DNA of 64,000 bases from an uncultured Acidobacteriota bacterium (GCA_963796275.1 CAWCKY010000006.1:1322828-1386827), one strand, 5' to 3'; shown: positions 1 to 9,226, counted from the first letter of the stretch. The notes: generated by a model not told the origin, from the letters alone. Translations and numbers: made by a program.

Positions 1-2
1 CC

Positions 3-1709
3 AGGTCTTTCGCGAAGGATTCGGGGCTCACCTTCTTTTTCCAGCCGCTCAAGGGGCTCGGGCAATATCGCGCCGCGATAGATTGGGTAACCGTCGAAAA
101 TTCCGGCGGTATTCCCAGCCATCAGACCGAGTCGCGGCTCAATAAAGAAGCATCGCCATTACAGCAGCGGGCGCTGGAGCTGCTGTTCACCCAATCTTTA
201 TTGCGATATTTCGTCAACTCGCTTCAGCAAGCTTTGAGCAGCTGGGAGGCGGGTAACGAAGAATCTTCAGACAACCTCAGACGCGTATTCGCCGACCTGT
301 GGTGGGCCAACGAAGTACGTTTCTTCAAAGACGGCCAATTCAGAAATCTTTTAGTGCGTTCGGAGAGTGAGCGCGATGTTACCTGGTCCACCTCGTCAGA
401 CGATCGTGATAGCGGCAATCGCGGCAATCGGGGCAAATGGGGCAATCGTAACAGCGACCGGCTTCGACGACTGAACTGGGAATTCTACAAAGGTAACTAC
501 CGCGACTTCCTGGCGACATCCGGCGGAAAGCATCCCGATTTGACTAACATCAGGCTGAACCTGAGCGCCCTGGTTGACCCCAGGAAAACCGATAACGTTC
601 TTCAACAATTATTGAAAGCTGCATCTATCAGCCAACGGGACCTGGCAGGCGCCGTCGCCGATTTACCTTTCGACGAGGTGATCTTCGCCTGTTATTTCGT
701 TCATCCCGCCGCCGAAGATTTCTCGGTTTGGGTCGACCAATTGGCCACTTCTATTCTCTGGAACCTGATCGAACAGATTAAACATCGGCGAAAGGTAGTT
801 GAAAGCAGAGCCGAGGCATTGGAAGGTGCCGCTCACTGGATCAACAGCCTGATGCGAGTTTCCGGCAGGGATGATGCCGTCAAACAACTCGATCGGGCGA
901 TCGGCACGTTGGAGAACGATGAAAATCCGGGCGCGGAATTGCATGCGAGGCTGATAAAGGTCAGGCGGTTACTCATCCTCCAGGTGTTACCGGAAAGCGG
1001 TGCCGGCGTATTTCGCCTGATCGGCACGCTGCGCAGCGAAAATTATGACAAACTGCGCAACTGGTTCACGAAGACATCGAAAGAACAATGGGAAAGACCT
1101 GAAGCATTCGATCAATACCTGCGATCTATCACTCACCTGGCGCGCGCGATCGGTAGCGCTCTCGGGCGCCCTCACCTCATCGTCGAAGCAAACGGGAAGC
1201 AAACCTGTTATAAAGACGATTGCGTACTTGATACCTACGAACTGCAGTTCCCACCACTGTCGAAAGCGGAAACTGATATGGAGGCTGTCCTGGCTCTTCT
1301 CCCCGCATTGACGGAGCCGCTGACCAACGCCATCCTCTATTTGGAAAAGATTGAGCAAAGAACAAAATTCCACCAGGGCGAATCGTCAAAGCCGAGACCG
1401 ATTAAACTTCAGATAGAAGACGCTCGCCCATCACACATCCTCGTAAAAATCGGCAATCCATACTTCGGAACAAACGAAGCACCCTCTCTGCCAGGGGTTT
1501 CGATCACCCGCCGACTGATGTCCTTCACCAAACTGGCTGACATCGATGACAAAGTTGAGATCAATGAAGATCACGATGGACGCTACTTGTGGGTGTCTGT
1601 GCGTTTGCACCCGCAGATGCTCGCCGAACTGATTGGCCATATCAAACCGAAGGAAATGCTCAATTCATATGATAAAACCGAGAAAGCTAAGACTGCTGAT
1701 AGTAGATGA
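3..1709 (+). CDS. hypothetical protein, 5'-truncated by the window edge; divergent histidine-kinase-like C-terminal half
   Basis: The frame of the listed 201..1709 ORF stays open back to nt 3 with no stop, so the gene starts upstream of the window. There is a possible H-box helix (EALEGAAHWINSLMRV). About 190 aa later come an N-box-like LTNAILYLEK and a G-box-like ILVKIGNPYFG...LPGVSITRRL. The similarity is weak and judged by eye only. Confidence 0.55.
   Translation, partial: RSFAKDSGLTFFFQPLKGLGQYRAAIDWVTVENSGGIPSHQTESRLNKEASPLQQRALELLFTQSLLRYFVNSLQQALSSWEAGNEESSDNLRRVFADLWWANEVRFFKDGQFRNLLVRSESERDVTWSTSSDDRDSGNRGNRGKWGNRNSDRLRRLNWEFYKGNYRDFLATSGGKHPDLTNIRLNLSALVDPRKTDNVLQQLLKAASISQRDLAGAVADLPFDEVIFACYFVHPAAEDFSVWVDQLATSILWNLIEQIKHRRKVVESRAEALEGAAHWINSLMRVSGRDDAVKQLDRAIGTLENDENPGAELHARLIKVRRLLILQVLPESGAGVFRLIGTLRSENYDKLRNWFTKTSKEQWERPEAFDQYLRSITHLARAIGSALGRPHLIVEANGKQTCYKDDCVLDTYELQFPPLSKAETDMEAVLALLPALTEPLTNAILYLEKIEQRTKFHQGESSKPRPIKLQIEDARPSHILVKIGNPYFGTNEAPSLPGVSITRRLMSFTKLADIDDKVEINEDHDGRYLWVSVRLHPQMLAELIGHIKPKEMLNSYDKTEKAKTADSR
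414..449 (+). repeat. in-frame 9-nt tandem repeat x4 (GGCAATCGN-like) encoding GNR-GNR-GKW-GNR
   Basis: Read directly: GGCAATCGC GGCAATCGG GGCAAATGG GGCAATCGT at 414-449, inside the first CDS. Confidence 0.85.
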
Positions 1710-3627
1710 CGAGCTCAGGCCGTCATTATCCGGTTACATGATTCCTGAATTGCTCGACCTCTGGTATCCGGGGAAAGGCATACCAGGAATATCCTCATGG
1801 CAAACGGCGATACAATTTTGGAACTCGTTTCAAGGAGGTGTAATACCTGATCTGGTGGTAGCTGACGTACGTTTTGTTAATGATGACACATCGCCCCTCT
1901 CCCGGCTTTTCCAATACCCGGAAGTTAATAACATTCCGACCGGCCTCTCACATTTGAAGACGTTCGCGGTATTGGCCCGGGCGCTGCGTCTACCCCTCGG
2001 GGTAGGTATCCGGACAATGGATCCTTCGCTCTGGAGAAAGCAGATTGAATCATCGAGGTATGAGCATAAAGCGATGGGCTTGCTCGCGGCACACGAGGCG
2101 GGCGAATTGGCTTCGATTCTTGGGGACGATTTGCAATTGGGGAGCTTCGAGGACTGCCAACATATCGACTCCTGTTTGGAATGGTTGAGGAACAGGTCCG
2201 GTACGGTGTTCGAGCTCGGGCTGAAGATGGCTCTGCGCGATTACCGCCGGCGTCTCTACCTTCTGCTTACATCGCCGGGCGATGCCAATGTATTCGTGAG
2301 GCCGAGCCATTACGCCGAATTGATGGGCTGGTGTCATAGAATGGAGGCTGACCCGCAGCCGCTCGATGCCAAGCATGACTTCGGACTAGAATTGTCCTAT
2401 CACAATGGAAAACGCGACGTTATCTCATTGGCCTCGCTATTCTCTGATTATGATCGGATCGCAAGCAGAGCATTGGAGCCTTCATCGTTTGCCGTCGATG
2501 GCGCTGCCGGCGCGGCAGACGCGGAGGCGGCCAATGCCAGCGTGATGGAACCATGGAAGTTGGATGACAACGGGCTGCCCAGAATCGGCGCATTCCTCAA
2601 ACCGCTGGGTTCATTGAACGCAGCGCTCAATGACGCGGCGGAGGCGCTCAGAGAATATCAGATAAGCTATCCGCTGCCTGAATCATATAAGCCACCTACA
2701 TTAGCGGCGATTAAAAAGCGCAGCAAGTATTCGAGCTTGACCGCGGCCCTGACGGTCTTGCTCCAATTCGTTCGAATTGCGCAAAAGAAGGTGGAAGAAT
2801 GGGAGGATCGCTTCGGAGTTTATGCCTGGGAGCCGGAGAAGCTTCAGTTTATTTCCGACCCGCCATCGCCGGACCACAGTCTGCTGCGCGTGTTACAGGA
2901 CCTGACCACTTTGATCGGTGCGACTGTCGAGGCAGATGATGAGTTTACAATTGACGATATTTTCGAAGGCCAATACGTTGATGCCTACGAAAATAATGAA
3001 CCGCGCTGGATCAAAGAGATCGCGGTGACTCTCAACGGTGATGGACGGCCTGAGATTATGAGCGGGAACTGGATCAGAATCCGCACGGATCGGAGCGAAC
3101 AAAATAATGATTGGGTGAAGTGGCATTTCGAGAGGCTGATTGATGCCCGGGTGTTGGAGCGCCGGAGGGTCGGCTACGAAGACTATTATGTGCTTCGGGA
3201 AGATTGGCGTCAGAATCAACTCCGATCTGCACCGCCGCCGGCTCCTCCGGGATTTCCCAAAGTAATTACCGCGATGCAGCGGTTGCAGCCTCCCTGCCGC
3301 TGCAAGAAAAATAGCGAGGAGAAGACTGCATTACCGGAGTATCCGACGTCTATACAGTGGCTGAAGGTGAGTTTGGGGTACAACTGTTATAGCGACTATA
3401 ACTCGGTCGAGCGAGAGCTGGGCGCGGCATTCGGTTTTATCGCCGCGCCGGATGAAACTGGTAGTGAATTGGAGAAATCCGCTTTGAAGGCCAAGGCCGG
3501 GAGAGTTATTCTAAACGAACTCGAAAAGGGCGAGTTACCGTTCTTCCTCGCGGAAATATGCCGGGAGTACGCAACCCAATATCTGAAATGGCCCAGGGAG
3601 AAATGGCCCAGGTGGCTGATTGAATGA
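1633..3627 (+). CDS. hypothetical protein with an N-terminal CheY-like receiver-like domain and a ~500-aa uncharacterised C-terminal region
   Basis: 664-aa ORF. KLRLLIVDDE ... IPDLVVADVRF resembles the acidic pocket and phospho-acceptor strand of REC domains (by eye). The probable start is ATG 1669 (MIKPRK), overlapping the upstream CDS by ~41 nt. The stop TGA at 3625-3627 overlaps the next ATG (ATGA). Confidence 0.6.
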   Translation: MAISNRRKCSIHMIKPRKLRLLIVDDELRPSLSGYMIPELLDLWYPGKGIPGISSWQTAIQFWNSFQGGVIPDLVVADVRFVNDDTSPLSRLFQYPEVNNIPTGLSHLKTFAVLARALRLPLGVGIRTMDPSLWRKQIESSRYEHKAMGLLAAHEAGELASILGDDLQLGSFEDCQHIDSCLEWLRNRSGTVFELGLKMALRDYRRRLYLLLTSPGDANVFVRPSHYAELMGWCHRMEADPQPLDAKHDFGLELSYHNGKRDVISLASLFSDYDRIASRALEPSSFAVDGAAGAADAEAANASVMEPWKLDDNGLPRIGAFLKPLGSLNAALNDAAEALREYQISYPLPESYKPPTLAAIKKRSKYSSLTAALTVLLQFVRIAQKKVEEWEDRFGVYAWEPEKLQFISDPPSPDHSLLRVLQDLTTLIGATVEADDEFTIDDIFEGQYVDAYENNEPRWIKEIAVTLNGDGRPEIMSGNWIRIRTDRSEQNNDWVKWHFERLIDARVLERRRVGYEDYYVLREDWRQNQLRSAPPPAPPGFPKVITAMQRLQPPCRCKKNSEEKTALPEYPTSIQWLKVSLGYNCYSDYNSVERELGAAFGFIAAPDETGSELEKSALKAKAGRVILNELEKGELPFFLAEICREYATQYLKWPREKWPRWLIE

Positions 3628-5021
3628 AGTTCGGCCGGGAGCCCGGACTCCAGACGATTAACTCCAGAGTTTCTTATATGAAAAACAAACCATACTTGTT
3701 CATTTTACTGATCGCGGCTGCCGCCGGGCTCGTATCGGCTCAAAGCAGCCAGGAACCGAAGAAAACCTCGGTCAGCGCATTCGTCGACGTCAATGTTATC
3801 CCGATGGATCGCGAGCGCGTCGTCGAGAACCAGACGGTAATCGTGCGCGACGGGCGAATTGTTGAGATCGGGCCTTCCAATAAGATCAAAGTACCCGATG
3901 GAGCGGCGCGGATCGACGGTAACGGCAAATACCTGATGCCCGGGCTCGCCGAGATGCACGGCCACATCCCGCCGCCTCAAGCTCCGAAGGAATACACGGA
4001 AGCGGTGCTATTTCTTTACGTCGCTAATGGCGTTACCACCGTCAGAGGGATGTTGGGCGCGCCGAACCAGTTGGAGCTGCGAGGCAGGGCCGATCGCGGC
4101 GAGATAATTTCCCCGACGCTCTATCTAGCCGGCCCGAGCTTCAACGGCAACTCGGTCAATTCGCCGGAACAGGCAGTCTCGATGGTGCGGCAACAGAAGC
4201 AGGAAGGATGGGATTTGCTCAAGGTTCATCCGGGTCTCACCAGAGATGAATACGACGCGATGGCAAAAACGGCCAAGGAGGTAAACATTCGGTTTGCCGG
4301 CCACATCCCGGCCGATGTCGGTCTCATTCATGCGCTTGAAATGGGTCAGGAAACGATAGATCACGTCGACGGTTATATCGAGTATCTCGATGGCGATAAG
4401 GCGCCGGTCGATGAAGCCAAGCTCGGCGATGTCGTGCGGCGCAGCAAGGCCGCGGGCGTCTGGATCGTTCCGACCATGGTGTTATGGGAGACTCTGATAG
4501 GTTATACATATCCGGAATTGCTGTCGGCGATGCCCGAGCTGAAATACGCCCCTCCGCAACAGGTCGAGCAATGGAAAAAAATTCACCGCGACCGCCTCAA
4601 TCAGCCGAATTTCGATCGCAAGACGGCGGAGTTGATCGCGGCAAACCGCATGCGAATATTGAAGGCGCTGCACGATGGCGGCGTCAAAATTCTGCTCGGC
4701 ACCGATGCGCCGCAACAGTTCAGCGTCCCGGGCTTCTCGATCCATCGGGAGATGGCATTCATGGTGAAATGCGGATTCACCCCATCCCAGGTGATTCATT
4801 CGGGCACGAAGAATGTCGGCGAATATTTCAAGGGCAAAGACAACTTCGGAACCATCGATGTCGGAAAACGCGCCGATCTGATTCTGGTGGAGAGCAATCC
4901 GTTAAAGGATGTAACCGCGGTTGCCAGGCGCGCCGGCGTGATGGTGCGGGGGAAGTGGCTGCCGGAGAGCGAAATTCGCAGAAGACTGGACGAGATTGCG
5001 GCCTCGTGGCGACCGCAGTAA
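3624..5021 (+). CDS. exported amidohydrolase family protein
   Basis: The motif LMPGLAEMHGHIPP (metal-binding HxH) and the overall length are typical of amidohydrolase_1 proteins. A signal peptide MKNKPYLFILLIAAAAGLVSAQS begins at the internal ATG 3678. The ATG at 3624 overlaps the upstream stop (ATGA). Confidence 0.8.
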   Translation: MKFGREPGLQTINSRVSYMKNKPYLFILLIAAAAGLVSAQSSQEPKKTSVSAFVDVNVIPMDRERVVENQTVIVRDGRIVEIGPSNKIKVPDGAARIDGNGKYLMPGLAEMHGHIPPPQAPKEYTEAVLFLYVANGVTTVRGMLGAPNQLELRGRADRGEIISPTLYLAGPSFNGNSVNSPEQAVSMVRQQKQEGWDLLKVHPGLTRDEYDAMAKTAKEVNIRFAGHIPADVGLIHALEMGQETIDHVDGYIEYLDGDKAPVDEAKLGDVVRRSKAAGVWIVPTMVLWETLIGYTYPELLSAMPELKYAPPQQVEQWKKIHRDRLNQPNFDRKTAELIAANRMRILKALHDGGVKILLGTDAPQQFSVPGFSIHREMAFMVKCGFTPSQVIHSGTKNVGEYFKGKDNFGTIDVGKRADLILVESNPLKDVTAVARRAGVMVRGKWLPESEIRRRLDEIAASWRPQ

Positions 5022-5089
5022 TACATCTCTAAATCAACATGCTTTAAATTCAGGAAAAATATTTAGACTGAATAAAAAGCTCTCTGTGA

Positions 5090-5149
5090 ATGGCGGACCT
5101 TTGGCGTGGGTTGCTTGCAAGCACCCGGTACTCCAAAGTGCTCCGCCAT
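5090..5149. repeat. ~60-nt extended hairpin with a GCTTGCAAGC core
   Basis: ATGGCGGA/TCCGCCAT and CCTTTGG/CCAAAG outer stems enclose the near-palindrome GGGTTGCTTGCAAGCACCC. Related GGTTGCTTGCAACC cores occur at 44972-44993 and 45125-45147. Confidence 0.6.
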
Positions 5150-5267
5150 CTCTACATCACCGCGGTAGCTAAGTCTTTTCGTTTAACATCCCTCGGGACT
5201 TGCGAACTCGCTTATCCGGGAGCGCCAGAGGCGCGACATATTTATAGATTTTTTCGTAATAGTGCCC

Positions 5268-5373
5268 CAGCTCCGGAGGAGCGGCATATAAACGGCATCA
5301 TATGCCGCTCGCTCCGGAGCTGGAGAGATTTACTAGCCATGTTCTATAAACGTACCGCTCCTCCGGAGCTAAG
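5268..5373. repeat. three clustered copies of a dispersed repeat (TATA..GCCGCTC[CG]TCCGGAGCT)
   Basis: The copies lie at 5268-5294 (inverted), 5297-5323 and 5341-5373. The first two form an imperfect palindrome. A fourth copy is at 9227-9267. Confidence 0.65.
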
Positions 5374-5577
5374 AACCGATAATCTCATTTTCTGAATTCG
5401 CCACAGAATCTGGAAGCGTGCATACCCGGTCAGGTCAATATTTCTACGGAATCACAAATGCCCCCCACAGAATGTCCCTCCGCCTCTTGACAAGTAATTC
5501 GATAGAGGTACTTTACCAGATATCCTTACGCGCGTGAGCAGGATGTCTGACGTTCCCACAATTCTTCGGAGGAGAAA

Positions 5578-6627
5578 ATGAAACGCAAAATTCTATTGAT
5601 CGCGGCTGTATTCGTCTCGGGTATGTTGGTCAGCTCGATTGTGATCGGGCAACAATCGCAGCTGAAAAAGTGGCAGAAGGGAAAAGGGTGGGGCTGGGTG
5701 TGGGGCAAAGATGATGAGGTCGGCGCTCTCAACGAGATGACCGATGCTTCGCGGCTATCGGCAATGCGGCTCGCCGACCGCGGTAAAACCTACGATCTAG
5801 GCGTGCTCTATGACCGCACCTCATTCAAATGGCCCGGACACAGCCCTGGCGAGATACTCTCATTTCGGACCCCCGAGGGGGTCAAGCGGCAGCAGGATTT
5901 GCCGCAGATTGTCAACAACAACACCAGCCGTACGGCCTGGCACAGCTCGGCGCTCTTCATCAACGATAACGTGGCTACGCAGATCGACGGCCTCGGGCAC
6001 GCGACTGAGGGAGATGACGACCACTGGTATAACGGTTTCAAAGAGAAGGACTGGGGCGGCAACTGGGGGCCGCGCAAGGCCGATGCCTCGACCATTCCTC
6101 CTATCATCGCCCGCGGTGTGCTAATCGACATGGCCGGCGCGAAGGGAGTCGACGCATTGCCGAGCAACTACATCATCACGGTTGAAGACCTGGAAGCCGC
6201 CCTGCGCAAACAGGAGACCCAGCTCAAACCCGGTGATGTCGTCCTGATCCGAACAGGCGCGTTGCGCTATTGGGGTGAGACTGGAAGCGATCACGCGCAG
6301 CTCGCAAAGCACGACTCCGCGGGAATCAATGTCGAGACGGCTAAGTGGCTTGTCGAACAGAATGGAGCTATGATGATCGGCAGCGATACGAGCGGCCTGG
6401 AATACAATCCGAAAGACGAGGATGCTATGGCTTACCGCGGCAAATATCGTTCATTCATGCCGGTCCATAATTACCTGCTGATCGAGCAGGGAATACATCT
6501 CGGCGAGTTCCATTACCTCGAAGACCTGGCACGCGAACAAGTCTACGAGTTCTGTTACATCGCCTGCACCAACAAGATCAAGGGATCGACGGCGGGATTT
6601 ACGCTGAGGCCCATAGCAGTTCGATAG
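5578..6627 (+). CDS. exported cyclase-family protein (kynurenine-formamidase-like fold)
   Basis: It has an N-terminal signal peptide. QIDGLGHATEGDDDHWYNG resembles the HxGTHxDxPxH region of the putative-cyclase family, and the size of ~350 aa fits. Confidence 0.7.
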   Translation: MKRKILLIAAVFVSGMLVSSIVIGQQSQLKKWQKGKGWGWVWGKDDEVGALNEMTDASRLSAMRLADRGKTYDLGVLYDRTSFKWPGHSPGEILSFRTPEGVKRQQDLPQIVNNNTSRTAWHSSALFINDNVATQIDGLGHATEGDDDHWYNGFKEKDWGGNWGPRKADASTIPPIIARGVLIDMAGAKGVDALPSNYIITVEDLEAALRKQETQLKPGDVVLIRTGALRYWGETGSDHAQLAKHDSAGINVETAKWLVEQNGAMMIGSDTSGLEYNPKDEDAMAYRGKYRSFMPVHNYLLIEQGIHLGEFHYLEDLAREQVYEFCYIACTNKIKGSTAGFTLRPIAVR

Positions 6628-6652
6628 TTCGTCCAACCAAGGAGGATTAGAT

Positions 6653-7630
6653 ATGAAACGCAGGACTATGATTGGCGGCCTGGTAGGAGGGGCATTCGCC
6701 GGGTTGGGAGGCGAAGTTACTAATACCAAACCATCCGTTATCAAAGAGGGTGATATACCAATGCGCACGTTCGGCAAAACGGGTGTGAAACTTACCGTCA
6801 TCGGCCAGGCCGGAGGCCGATTTCCGTTGACTACAGATGAAGAAGCGATCGCAGTGACCAGAAGAGCTGTGGAACTCGGCATCAATTATTTCGACACGGC
6901 GCATAGTTATTGGAATGGCCATTCCGAGGAGATTTACGGAAAGGTTCTGCCGCAGTTTCGCAAGCAGGTTTTCATTACCACGAAATCCACTATGCGCACG
7001 CGTGGGGAAGCTGAACGAGAGCTGGATCTTTCGCTCAAGCGCCTCGGGACAGACTATGTGGACCTGTGGCAGGTGCACGCGATCATGGACAAACAAGATG
7101 TAGATAAGGTTTTCGCGCCGGGCGGGGCGATCGAGGCATTCGAGGCGGCCAAGAAGGCGGGCAAGTGCCGCTTCATCGGCTTCACCGGGCACGCAGATCC
7201 TTACGCGCACCTGGAGATGCTGAAGAGGTACGATAAGTGGGATACGATCCTGATGCCGCTCCATATCGCCGATCCGCTCTACCTGAGCTTTGAGAAACTG
7301 GTATTGCCTGTTGCCGTTGATAAAGGGCTGGGGATTCAGGGAATGAAGAATTTCGCGAATGCCAAGCTATTGCAGACGTTCAGCGTGAAGGAATGCCTGA
7401 ATTATGTTTTGAGTTTACCGATCCACTGTACGGCAATCGGCTGCACAACTATCGGGCAGCTGGAAGACGATGTGAGGGTGGCGCAGAGCTTCAAGCAGTT
7501 TAGCGCGGACCAGATGGCTTCTTTACGCGCGCGGGCTGATAGGATCAAAGGACCAATGCTCGAGGATTGGAAGAAGAACGTCGAAACCAAGGTGAGCAGG
7601 GTGGATCGGCCGGAATACATTGGCGGATAG
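6653..7630 (+). CDS. aldo/keto reductase with a twin-arginine signal
   Basis: [24 protein letters not shown] and the rest of the sequence are typical AKR. The N-terminus [20 protein letters not shown] is Tat-like. A strong AAGGAGG lies 8 nt upstream of the ATG. Confidence 0.85.
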   Translation: MKRRTMIGGLVGGAFAGLGGEVTNTKPSVIKEGDIPMRTFGKTGVKLTVIGQAGGRFPLTTDEEAIAVTRRAVELGINYFDTAHSYWNGHSEEIYGKVLPQFRKQVFITTKSTMRTRGEAERELDLSLKRLGTDYVDLWQVHAIMDKQDVDKVFAPGGAIEAFEAAKKAGKCRFIGFTGHADPYAHLEMLKRYDKWDTILMPLHIADPLYLSFEKLVLPVAVDKGLGIQGMKNFANAKLLQTFSVKECLNYVLSLPIHCTAIGCTTIGQLEDDVRVAQSFKQFSADQMASLRARADRIKGPMLEDWKKNVETKVSRVDRPEYIGG

Positions 7631-7662
7631 ACCGAAGTAATCCCAATTGCGAGGAACACTCT

Positions 7663-8151
7663 ATGACTAAATTTATCGATCGACGCAGTTTTCTTGGGCA
7701 GTCTGCACTTATCGCTGCTGAAATGAGTTTGATGAGTCTGGCCGGCGAGCAGTTGATTGCGGGTGAAATCGTCGAGAATCACGGCGGTCTCTCCTCGAAC
7801 GGAGAATGGCTGGCAGCCGTCATCAAGAGAGTGAACCATCCGAGCTGCGGCACCCTGCCTGATTTCGGGAACTTCAACCTGGGCGACGGCAAGAAATACG
7901 ACCCTTATAGAGGGGTTCGGGAACTGATGCCATTCGCCAAGGGTGTGAGCGCCAAGTCCGGCGAATTCGATGAGCAGGGGAATGAGAGCGGCATAGATTA
8001 CCCTCGCATTATGAAGATCGTGCTCGATGCAGGCTATCGGGGATACGTCGGCATCGAATACAGCGGTAACAAACTTAGTGAACCGGAGGGCATTCGCGCA
8101 ACCAAAAAGCTTTTAGAGCGAGTCAGCGCCGAATTATCAGGAGCGAATTAA
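7663..8151 (+). CDS. xylose-isomerase-like TIM-barrel protein, C-terminal half only, behind a Tat signal
   Basis: [19 protein letters not shown] (Tat motif) runs directly into the ENHGG...LPDFGNF...[10 protein letters not shown] motifs, which normally lie in the second half of ~290-aa sugar phosphate isomerase/epimerase proteins. The ORF-track start at 7567 overlaps the AKR gene and is unlikely. Confidence 0.6.
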   Translation: MTKFIDRRSFLGQSALIAAEMSLMSLAGEQLIAGEIVENHGGLSSNGEWLAAVIKRVNHPSCGTLPDFGNFNLGDGKKYDPYRGVRELMPFAKGVSAKSGEFDEQGNESGIDYPRIMKIVLDAGYRGYVGIEYSGNKLSEPEGIRATKKLLERVSAELSGAN

Positions 8152-8163
8152 CAAAGACTGGAG

Positions 8164-8649
8164 GTGGGTATGTTCTGTCCGTCATGCGGCGTCGAATCCA
8201 CGAACAAGACAAAATATTGCAAAAGTTGCGGAACGAACTTGAACTCGACCGGAACCACGGTTGAGGTTCATATCCAACGACCGCCGGTTGCGGCGATGAC
8301 ATTTGCGATCACTGCTTTCGCCATCATTGGTTTTTTAGCTTCATTGATGACACTTCTCAAGTTGTCCGTAAGAGGCATTGACGAGAGGTTCCTGATACCT
8401 ATTTTCTTCTTTTGCGTGATGTTTGTTTTCCTAGTTGCAGGGTTGCTTTCATGGCAACTGGGGCGCTTGATCAACGCTTACCGTGATACCATAAAACATA
8501 CAATCGAAAATGAAAGAGCCGAAACCTCAATTCCATCGCAGCCCGTGCTCCCGCAGCGGCGGCAGTCGTATGTGCCTCCCGTGCAGGAGCCTGTCTCCGG
8601 TGTGACCGAGCATACGACTCGAACGTTCAGTCCTTCACTTGAAGAGTAA
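8164..8649 (+). CDS. zinc-ribbon membrane protein
   Basis: CPSCG..x..CKSCG zinc ribbon at the N-terminus, then two hydrophobic helices and a P/Q-rich tail ending in VTEHTTRTF. It is a paralogue of 44414..44902. Confidence 0.7.
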   Translation: MGMFCPSCGVESTNKTKYCKSCGTNLNSTGTTVEVHIQRPPVAAMTFAITAFAIIGFLASLMTLLKLSVRGIDERFLIPIFFFCVMFVFLVAGLLSWQLGRLINAYRDTIKHTIENERAETSIPSQPVLPQRRQSYVPPVQEPVSGVTEHTTRTFSPSLEE

Positions 8650-8654
8650 CGGAT

Positions 8655-9137
8655 TTATCGATTCTCGCCGTTTGACCTCGCATTTGACCGGTGTTCGAAT
8701 TTGCCGAATATAGTGAGTATGATCCAGGACAGGATAGTGCTCATCAAAGCCAGCGGCAGGCGCCCTAATCCAACGGCTACACCAACGGCCGCAGTCATCC
8801 AGATGCCGGCTGCCGTGGTCAGCCCTTCGATCTCGCGTTGCTCGTGTAGTTTGAGGATAGCCCCGCCTCCGATGAATCCGATTCCGGTGGCAAGCCCCTG
8901 GATTACCCTGGATAGACCATCCCAATCCATCCCGCCTTCTAGAGGCGCAAGTACAAAGAGAGCCGCGCCCAGAGAGACCAGCATATGTGTTCTTAGCCCC
9001 GCCGGCTTGCCCGTCCTCTCACGCTGAAATCCGATCAATGCGCCAAAAAGCATAGCGGCGAGCAGCCGGACGATTATACGCACAAACTGCCTTCTATCAG
9101 GCATTCCCGCGAGAAGTTCCTCTAAAATGATGTCCAT
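8655..9137 (-). CDS. MgtC/SapB family membrane protein
   Basis: LLAAMLFGALIGFQRERTGKPAGLRTHMLVSLGAALF is a typical MgtC N-terminal signature. The protein is 160 aa with 4-5 TM helices. Confidence 0.85.
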   Translation of the reverse strand: MDIILEELLAGMPDRRQFVRIIVRLLAAMLFGALIGFQRERTGKPAGLRTHMLVSLGAALFVLAPLEGGMDWDGLSRVIQGLATGIGFIGGGAILKLHEQREIEGLTTAAGIWMTAAVGVAVGLGRLPLALMSTILSWIILTIFGKFEHRSNARSNGENR

Positions 9138-9226
9138 TCGCGATTCGCCCCCACGTCTATCTGGGGAGAGAAAGGAGATTGTTTGTCAGGGAGTATTGTT
9201 TATAGTTTTTGATAACATGTTTTTCG

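Noticed and set aside
1633-1709. The possibility that the first two ORFs are one hybrid kinase-receiver gene split by another indel.
   Set aside because: The second frame is closed by TGA at 1630-1632, immediately before its first ATG. The kinase-like domain appears complete before the overlap. Two overlapping genes therefore fit better, though the assembly's indel problem means this cannot be excluded.
5090-5395. A 101-aa ORF in the 5022-5577 gap.
   Set aside because: It is composed entirely of the hairpin and CTCCGGAG repeat units. It has no RBS. The peptide is a translated repeat.
6647-7264. A 205-aa minus-strand ORF overlapping the aldo/keto reductase. Also 31212..31880 (222 aa) opposite DUF1501/ATE, and 29489..30127 (212 aa) opposite thrC.
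   Set aside because: In each case the opposite-strand gene is well supported, and these frames have atypical, Arg/Ser-rich composition.
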